DNA of 64,000 nucleotides from Escherichia coli (GTDB lineage Bacteria; Pseudomonadota; Gammaproteobacteria; Enterobacterales; Enterobacteriaceae): NCBI RefSeq assembly GCF_003019035.1, contig NZ_CP027447.1; one strand, 5' to 3'. Shown piece by piece: positions 58,098 to 64,000 of this stretch (position 1 is its first letter; each line of letters starts with the position of its first letter). The notes under the pieces were generated by a model. It saw only the letters and a program-made list of their open reading frames with translations, ran no database searches and was not told where the DNA came from. The position numbers and the translations under genes were made by a program.

Positions 58098-58769
58098 TCA
58101 GCGACCAATCACCACAACCTGACCACCATCCCCTTCGTCTGCCGTGCTGATTTCCTGAGAAACCACACGTGACCCCACGCGCATTTTCCCGTACAGAACA
58201 GGCAGAACATTGCCCTGGGCAACCATGTTATCCAGTGAGGAGAAATAGGTGTTCTGCTTACCGTTATCCGTTGTCTGTGTACGGGGAGTTCTGGCTTTCG
58301 GTGCCAGCATCTGCGCCACACCACCAAGTACCATACTGGCACCGAGAGAAAACAGGATACCGGTCATACCACCGGCCCCAATGGCTGCCCCCCATGCTGC
58401 AAGGGTGGCTCCGGCAGTAAAGAATGATCCGGCAATGGCGGCAGCCCCCAGAACAATCTGGAATACGCCCCCTGACTTAGCCCCGGCGACTCTGGGAACA
58501 ATATGAATCACAGCGCCGTCAGGCAGAGTCTCATGTAACTGCGCCGTTAACCCGGACGTGCTGACGTCCCGCCCGGCAATCCGTACCTGATACCAGCCGT
58601 TGCTCAGTTTCTGACGAAACGCCGGGAGCTGTGTGGCCAGTGCGCGGATAGCTTCAGCCCCCGTTTTCACACGAAGGTCGATGCGGCGGCCAAATCGTTG
58701 TAAATCCCCGTAAAGGCAGATGCGCGCCATGCCCGGTGACGCCAGAGGGAGTGTGTGCGTCGCTGCCAT
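58098..58769 (-). CDS. I: Tail assembly protein I
   Basis: 223 aa, MAATHTLPLASPGMARICLYGDL… recognised as lambda I. Confidence 0.9.
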   Translation of the reverse strand: MAATHTLPLASPGMARICLYGDLQRFGRRIDLRVKTGAEAIRALATQLPAFRQKLSNGWYQVRIAGRDVSTSGLTAQLHETLPDGAVIHIVPRVAGAKSGGVFQIVLGAAAIAGSFFTAGATLAAWGAAIGAGGMTGILFSLGASMVLGGVAQMLAPKARTPRTQTTDNGKQNTYFSSLDNMVAQGNVLPVLYGKMRVGSRVVSQEISTADEGDGGQVVVIGR

Positions 58770-59410
58770 TTGTCGGTATACCTCTCTCGTTTGCTCAGTT
58801 GTTCAGGAATATGGTGCAGCAGCTCGCCATCACCACAGTAAATGGCGGCATGATTCGGCACCGATGAACCAAAACAGCACAGCAGCACATCGCCCGGTTG
58901 TGCTGATGACAACGGCACCTGATACAGCCCTGTGGCCTCCAGATTATCCAGATAGAGATTCTGACCGTGACGCCACCAGTCATCCTCGCGATGAAAATCC
59001 GGCATCTCAATCCCCGCCAGATGATAAGCATCCCGGAACAGCGTGTAACAGTCCGTCACCCCGTGTTCAAAGCGCCGCCCGGTGAGATGCGGCACACAGC
59101 GGAACTTATGAATCGTCCCCCGGCAGACCAGCCACCACGGCAAATCACTCTGCACCTGCAGCCGCCGGTCAGCCTCACTCAGCCAGGGCAGACCACCGGG
59201 GTGGCTGTGGACCAGCGCCACAATCTCACCCTGCATTTCTGCCTGCAGCCAGTCTTCCGGCGACATACGGAAATACGCCTCCGGCTCACCGGAGATATTC
59301 ACGCAGGGGAAATATCTTTCCCCCTCCGGTGTGCTTACCACGAAGCCGCACGACTCCGCTGGCGCACATCGCCGGGCGTGCGCCAGAATCGCTGATTCTG
59401 TCTGTGTCAT
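58667..59410 (-). CDS. K: Tail assembly protein K (JAB/MPN plus NlpC/P60 domains)
   Basis: HSHP…SEAD metalloprotease-like motif and C-terminal Cys/His region; 3' end overlaps the start of I by 103 nt in another frame. Confidence 0.85.
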   Translation of the reverse strand: MTQTESAILAHARRCAPAESCGFVVSTPEGERYFPCVNISGEPEAYFRMSPEDWLQAEMQGEIVALVHSHPGGLPWLSEADRRLQVQSDLPWWLVCRGTIHKFRCVPHLTGRRFEHGVTDCYTLFRDAYHLAGIEMPDFHREDDWWRHGQNLYLDNLEATGLYQVPLSSAQPGDVLLCCFGSSVPNHAAIYCGDGELLHHIPEQLSKRERYTDKWQRRTHSLWRHRAWRASAFTGIYNDLAAASTFV

Positions 59411-59415
59411 GGGAT

Positions 59416-60114
59416 TTACTGCGAAAGTTTGTTAATGGAAAGGAAGCCGCCAAAGTTGCCGACGTTATTGCGGAACTTACAACCGCTCAGGCATTTGCTG
59501 CATTTATCCTTCGTGATATCGGACGTTGGCTGGTCATATTCATCCGCGACAGCCGGACCGCTATAACCGCACTCGTCACCGCGATAGGTCCAGGTGCAGG
59601 TGTTGGCCAGCATGATACGTCCCGGAAAAACAGCGCCATCCGTTTCCGTCGGCGTGGACAGTACAAAGGAGGCACTCACCGCGCTCAGTTCGCTGCACTG
59701 CTCAATGCGCCAGCGGCTGATCACCTCCTGCTCCGGATCGGCGTAACTGTTTCCGTTGACGAAGTTCACCGCATCCAGAAAACGGGCGTAAACCTTACGC
59801 CGGACCACCGTTCCGCCGACCAGACTCTGCATATCTTCCGCCATCCCGGTGACCATACCGTACAGGTTAGAAACCGTCAGCGTGGGGCGCGTACTGGTGC
59901 CTTTGCCATTCAGTTCAAAACCGCTCCCCTGAATGGGATACGGCTGATACTGTCGCCCCTGCCAGGTGACCGGCTCACCTTTTTCGTTCTGCTCATTACA
60001 GAAAAAATAACGTTCTCCACCGACCTCTGTCAGGTCGATTTCCCAGAGCACCACGCTGGCCGACTGCTCCGCACGGGTGCATTCATTCAGTGTTTCCTGC
60101 CGGATATCCTGCAT
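59416..60114 (-). CDS. L: Minor tail protein L
   Basis: 232 aa recognised as lambda L; Cys cluster near the C-terminus. Confidence 0.9.
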   Translation of the reverse strand: MQDIRQETLNECTRAEQSASVVLWEIDLTEVGGERYFFCNEQNEKGEPVTWQGRQYQPYPIQGSGFELNGKGTSTRPTLTVSNLYGMVTGMAEDMQSLVGGTVVRRKVYARFLDAVNFVNGNSYADPEQEVISRWRIEQCSELSAVSASFVLSTPTETDGAVFPGRIMLANTCTWTYRGDECGYSGPAVADEYDQPTSDITKDKCSKCLSGCKFRNNVGNFGGFLSINKLSQ

Positions 60115-60443
60115 CAGTTCACCACCTGTTCAAACTCTGCGCTGAACTCAACACGCAGCATACTGACCCGCGACGACCATTTTGCGCAGGTCACCTTTAT
60201 CTGCCGCCACTCATAAGGCGGCGTCCACAGAAAGGCTTTCCAGCCCCCGTGCTCTTCCAGAAACGACTCCAGTACCGTGGCCTCCTCACGGGGGACAGAA
60301 AGCGTCACGCTGTACGTTTTCAGGTTGGCATTCAGCCCGGCAGGCGCTCGCTGGGAATAGCCATCACCAAAGCGCACCTTTCTTACAGAAGGGGCCGAAG
60401 CCACATCCATACCGGGTTTCACTTTCCAGCGGAAGGTTTTCAT
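60114..60443 (-). CDS. M: Minor tail protein M
   Basis: 109 aa recognised as lambda M. Confidence 0.9.
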   Translation of the reverse strand: MKTFRWKVKPGMDVASAPSVRKVRFGDGYSQRAPAGLNANLKTYSVTLSVPREEATVLESFLEEHGGWKAFLWTPPYEWRQIKVTCAKWSSRVSMLRVEFSAEFEQVVN

Positions 60444-63019
60444 CGTCCACCTCCGGAGAACAGGCCACCATCACGCATCTGTGTCTGAATTTCATCACGG
60501 GCACCCTTGCGGGCCATGTCATACACCGCCTTCAGAGCAGCCGGACCTATCTGCCCGTTCGTGCCGTCGTTGTTAATCACCACATGGTTATTCTGCTCAA
60601 ACGTCCCGGACGCCTGCGACCGGCTGTCAGCCAGACTGCCCGGTGTACCGACATAACCACCGGTGGCATAGCCGCGCATCAGCCGGTAGAGATTCCCCAC
60701 GCCAATCCGGCTGGTTGCCTCCTTCGTGAAGACAAATTCACCACGGTGAACAATCCCCGCTGGCTCATATTTGCCGCCGGTTCCCGTAAATCCTCCGGTT
60801 GCAAAATGGAATTTCGCCGCAGCGGCCTGAATGGCTGTACCGCCTGATGCGGATGCGCCGCCACCAACAGCCCCGCCAATGGCGCTGCCGATACTCCCGA
60901 CAATCCCCACCATTGCCTGCTTAAGCAGAATTTCTGTCATCATGGACAGCACGGAACGGGTGAAGCTGCGCCAGTTCTGCTCACTGCCGGTCAGCATCGC
61001 TGCCATATTCTGTGCAATACCATCAAAGGTCTGCGTGGCTGCACTTTTTACCTGCGACATACTGTCCGTGGCGCTCTCTTCCCACTCACTCCAGCCGGAC
61101 TTCAGGCCTGCCATCCAGCTCCCGCGAAGCTGGTCTTCAGCCGCCCAGGTCTTTTTCTGCTCTGACATGACGTTATTCAGCGCCAGCGGATTATCGCCAT
61201 ACTGTTCCTTCAGGCGCTGTTCCGTGGCTTCCCGTTCTGCCTGCCGGTCAGTCAGCCCCCGGCTTTTCGCATCAATGGCGGCCCGTTTTGCCCGTTGCTG
61301 CTGTGCGAATTTATCCGCCTGCTGCGCCAGCGCGTTCAGGCGCTCCTGATACGTAACCTTGTCGCCAAGTGCAGCCAGCTGGCGTTTGTACTCCAGCGTC
61401 TCATCTTTATGCGCCAGCAGGGATTTCTCCTGTGCAGACAGCTGGCGACGTTGCGCCGCCTCCTCCAGTACCGCGAACTGACTCTCCGCCTTCCACAAAT
61501 CCCGGCGCTGCTGGCTGATTTTCTCATTTGCTCCGGCATGCTTCTCCAGCGTCCGGAGTTCTGCCTGAAGCGTCAGCAGGGCAGCATGAGCACTGTCTTC
61601 CTGTCGATCGCCTGCAGACACTTTCACGCCGGACTGCTTCGGCTTTTTCAGCGTCGCTTCATAATCCTTTTTCGCTGCCGCCATCAGCGTGTTGTAATCT
61701 GCCTGCAGGATTTTCCCGTCTTTCAGTGCCTTATTCAGTTCTTCCTGACGGGCGGTATATTTCTCCAGCGGCGTCTGCAGGCGTTCGTAAGCCTTCTGCG
61801 CCTCTTCGGTATATTTCAGCCGTGATGCCTCAGACTCGGCCCAGTCCTTTGCTGCCATCTCTCTGGCCTTTTCAAGATCGGCCTGCAACGTGGCGGCTGA
61901 AAGCCCAAGTTGCGCATTCGCTCTGTCCTCCCATGCTCCCCGGAGATTGGCAAGAAATGCGGATGTTTTACCGCGCCGGTGGCTCCGGCTCTGATACCAC
62001 TGCCATTTTTTGTCCGCCTCATCAAAAGCCTTTTCTGCTTTCTCCAGCATTTCCCGGGCAGTGTCCGGGCGACCAATATCCAGCACCGAATCCCACATGG
62101 ATTTGAATGCCCGTGCTGTCCTGTCTGCCCAGGTCTCCAGCGTGCCCATGTTCTCTTTCAGGCGGCGGGTCTGGTCATCAAACCCTTTCGTTGCGGCCTC
62201 GTTCGCCGCCTGCAATGCCCCGGCTTCATCTCCGGAACGCTGCAACTGAGCAACATACGCAATCTGCTCCGCCGTCACGTTATGGAACTGACGTGCCATC
62301 GCTGTCAGTCCCGACGTCGGGTCTGTGGTCAGCTTCCCGAAGGCTTCAGCGACCTTGTCCACCTCCACGCCGGATGCAGAGGAGAAACGCGCCACACTCT
62401 GGCTGATCGCCTCAAACTGCTCACCACCACGCACACCGGCATTCACCAGCGCCGTCAGTGACTCGCTGGTCTGGTTAAACGTCAGCCCTGCCGCCTGCCC
62501 GGCTCTGGACAGGGCCAGAATACGATCTGCCGTCAGTCCCGCCTGATTGCCGGAAAGGACCAGCGTTTTGTTGAAATCGGACAGGGTTGAGTTGCCCTGA
62601 TACCAGGCATACGCCAGCGCACCGGTCGCCACCGCCAGCGAGGTGGCCCCCACCATCGGCAGGGTGATCGCACCGGCAAGCCCCCTGAACATGGGGATCA
62701 TCCCGCCGAAGGAGTCCTTAACCTGACCACCCTGTTGCAGCAGGATCAGCCACGGACTTTGCCCGCCTGCAAGCTGCGTGGCCACGTCGGTGAACTGTGC
62801 AGGCAGCATACGCATGGCGGCTTTGTACTGCCCGACGGAAATCCCCGCTTTCTGTGCAGCCAGCGCCTGTCGGCTCAGCGACTGTTCAACGACTGCCGCT
62901 GTTTTTTTCGCATCACTTTCCGTACCGGAAAAATGACGCCTGACTCTGGCCATCTGCTCGTCAAATCTGGCCGCATCCAGACTCAAATCAACGACCAGAT
63001 CGCCTACCGGTTCAGCCAT
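60440..63019 (-). CDS. H: Tail tape-measure protein H (859 aa)
   Basis: MAEPVGDLVVDLSLDAARFDEQMARVRRHF… recognised as lambda H; coiled-coil rich. Confidence 0.9.
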   Translation of the reverse strand: MAEPVGDLVVDLSLDAARFDEQMARVRRHFSGTESDAKKTAAVVEQSLSRQALAAQKAGISVGQYKAAMRMLPAQFTDVATQLAGGQSPWLILLQQGGQVKDSFGGMIPMFRGLAGAITLPMVGATSLAVATGALAYAWYQGNSTLSDFNKTLVLSGNQAGLTADRILALSRAGQAAGLTFNQTSESLTALVNAGVRGGEQFEAISQSVARFSSASGVEVDKVAEAFGKLTTDPTSGLTAMARQFHNVTAEQIAYVAQLQRSGDEAGALQAANEAATKGFDDQTRRLKENMGTLETWADRTARAFKSMWDSVLDIGRPDTAREMLEKAEKAFDEADKKWQWYQSRSHRRGKTSAFLANLRGAWEDRANAQLGLSAATLQADLEKAREMAAKDWAESEASRLKYTEEAQKAYERLQTPLEKYTARQEELNKALKDGKILQADYNTLMAAAKKDYEATLKKPKQSGVKVSAGDRQEDSAHAALLTLQAELRTLEKHAGANEKISQQRRDLWKAESQFAVLEEAAQRRQLSAQEKSLLAHKDETLEYKRQLAALGDKVTYQERLNALAQQADKFAQQQRAKRAAIDAKSRGLTDRQAEREATEQRLKEQYGDNPLALNNVMSEQKKTWAAEDQLRGSWMAGLKSGWSEWEESATDSMSQVKSAATQTFDGIAQNMAAMLTGSEQNWRSFTRSVLSMMTEILLKQAMVGIVGSIGSAIGGAVGGGASASGGTAIQAAAAKFHFATGGFTGTGGKYEPAGIVHRGEFVFTKEATSRIGVGNLYRLMRGYATGGYVGTPGSLADSRSQASGTFEQNNHVVINNDGTNGQIGPAALKAVYDMARKGARDEIQTQMRDGGLFSGGGR

Positions 63020-63446
63020 ACCGGACTCCTCCCGCGATCCCTTCTGATACTGTCATCAGCATTACGTCATCCTCCGTCATGTCCGCCACATCCGGGGAAG
63101 CGGGGATAACTTCATTCCCGTCCGGGCCAAAACGAACGCCTCCGGCAAGCCCTGCCGCTTTCTGCATCAGCACATCATCTTCAGGCTCTTCGTCAGCCTC
63201 GCGCCGGTTCAGCAGACTGAAATCCAGCGGATGCATATCCGGATCGCTGAAAAACAGGCTGAGCACGGTGTACGTCAGCCCGGAAAAGTGCATATCCAGC
63301 AGAACATCATGAAAATAATGGGTACTGTAAAAGCGGTGCCAGTCGGCATACTCCGTGGATGACATCCCGGCAAGCATGGCGCGCCAGTCGGGTCGCCCCA
63401 TCTCACGCGCCAGTTTCAGGGCAAAACTCAGCTCACCGTCGAACAC
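63012..63446 (-). CDS. T: Tail assembly chaperone T frame, expressed as the G-T fusion by -1 frameshift
   Basis: ORF in the -1 frame relative to G, overlapping the G 3' end. Confidence 0.85.
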   Translation of the reverse strand: MFDGELSFALKLAREMGRPDWRAMLAGMSSTEYADWHRFYSTHYFHDVLLDMHFSGLTYTVLSLFFSDPDMHPLDFSLLNRREADEEPEDDVLMQKAAGLAGGVRFGPDGNEVIPASPDVADMTEDDVMLMTVSEGIAGGVRYG

Positions 63447-63850
63447 TTTCCCGCAGAAACAGGCTCTGCAGGCCCGGCGTCCTCTGCCTGTTCAGGAGCA
63501 TCATTCACCACAAACTCAGACATACCGGACAGCCGGTACACCACGTTTTCAGCATGAGAAATTGCCTCTGTGGGCCAGGTGGTAAGCACTTCCTGCTCAA
63601 TCTGTTTAACGGCTTCATTCATGGACGGCATCTGCGTCTTCTGCGGATGGTTATGCCACAGGGACATCGCCACCAGAAACGCGCCGGTTCTGATGGCGTC
63701 TTCCACAGTAAACTTCCGGTTGCTGTCTGACTCCGCCTGTTCTGCCTGCCGTTTCATCAGGGCGAGATGCTCAATGCGCTGCAGGGCTGACAGTTCAGAA
63801 AGCGTGACGGTCACACCGTTATGTTCAAATGATTCGGTTTTCAGGAACAT
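63428..63850 (-). CDS. G: Tail assembly chaperone G
   Basis: 140 aa MFLKTESFEHNGVTVTLSELSALQRIEHLALMKRQ… recognised as lambda G. Confidence 0.9.
   Translation of the reverse strand: MFLKTESFEHNGVTVTLSELSALQRIEHLALMKRQAEQAESDSNRKFTVEDAIRTGAFLVAMSLWHNHPQKTQMPSMNEAVKQIEQEVLTTWPTEAISHAENVVYRLSGMSEFVVNDAPEQAEDAGPAEPVSAGKCSTVS
63446..63452 (-). other. Programmed -1 ribosomal frameshift slippery heptamer GGGAAAG (G to G-T)
   Basis: Plus-strand CTTTCCC at 63446-63452 is GGGAAAG on the coding strand, located in the G/T overlap. Confidence 0.7.
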
Positions 63851-63865
63851 CGCTGACTCTCCGGA

Positions 63866-64000
63866 TTAACTGGCGGTGACGGTAATTTCTGCAACCGCAG
63901 CAAACTCACCATTACCGGATACAACCGGAATGTTGACCTTGCCTGCAGCAACGCCGTTCACGGTGATGGTCATACCACTGACCGACACGGTGGCTTTTGT
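63866..64000 (-). CDS. V: Major tail protein V, C-terminal part only (5' end beyond window)
   Basis: Reverse translation ends …[44 protein letters not shown]. Confidence 0.8.

Larger units (their letters stand above)
49069..64000. mobile_element. Lambda-like (Qin-type) prophage, tail/side-fibre arm and attachment-site-proximal end; continues beyond the window
   Basis: Contiguous ydfK, pin, tfa remnant, stf, lom, J, I, K, L, M, H, T, G, V in lambda order and orientation; junction abuts truncated ydfJ. Confidence 0.85.

Noticed and set aside
58667-58769. 103-nt overlap between K and I as a possible frameshift or fusion site
   Set aside because: No slippery heptamer seen; overlapping tail genes in different frames are normal for the lambda tail module.
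60090-62546. Series of plus-strand ORFs (99-221 aa) antisense to tail genes M and H
   Set aside because: Arg/Ser/Pro-rich junk frames antisense to the coiled-coil tape-measure gene; no independent support.

Overview
Escherichia coli chromosomal segment covering the hipBA - lsr (AI-2) - uxaB - glsB/sad - mar - dgcZ - dcp - ydf neighbourhood, running at about 49.07 kb into the tail-module end of a lambda-like (Qin-type) prophage integrated in the 5' part of ydfJ. The backbone (1-49068) carries an intact hipBA toxin-antitoxin pair with four operator palindromes, a complete lsrKR/lsrACDBFG locus, tam, yneE, uxaB, dgcF(yneF), yneG, glsB, sad, yneJ, yneK, ydeA, marC, marRAB with a recognisable marO, eamA, ydeE, mgtS, a putative mgrR sRNA, dgcZ, ydeI, dcp, ydfG, rspR(ydfH), ydfZ and ydfI. 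Relative to the K-12 arrangement as I recall it (memory, not a database search), four things differ: an intact 1806-aa AIDA-type autotransporter (pseudogene in K-12), a FimA-like fimbrial subunit gene next to the yneL fragment, a ~6.2 kb beta-glucoside/cellobiose-type PTS island inserted between marB and eamA, and ydeJ reduced to a short 3' remnant. The prophage arm (49069-64000) encodes ydfK, a Pin-family serine invertase, a tfa 3' remnant, a two-gene cassette of unknown function (small acidic protein plus small 2-TM membrane protein) that has displaced most of tfa, a chimeric side tail fibre with a lectin-like C-terminal domain, and a near-lambda tail module lom-J-I-K-L-M-H-T/G-V. The best candidate for something undescribed is that cassette at the stf/pin junction; I cannot assign it a function from sequence alone. 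No rRNA, tRNA or CRISPR array was seen. Gene names and K-12 comparisons rest on recognition of protein sequences from memory.
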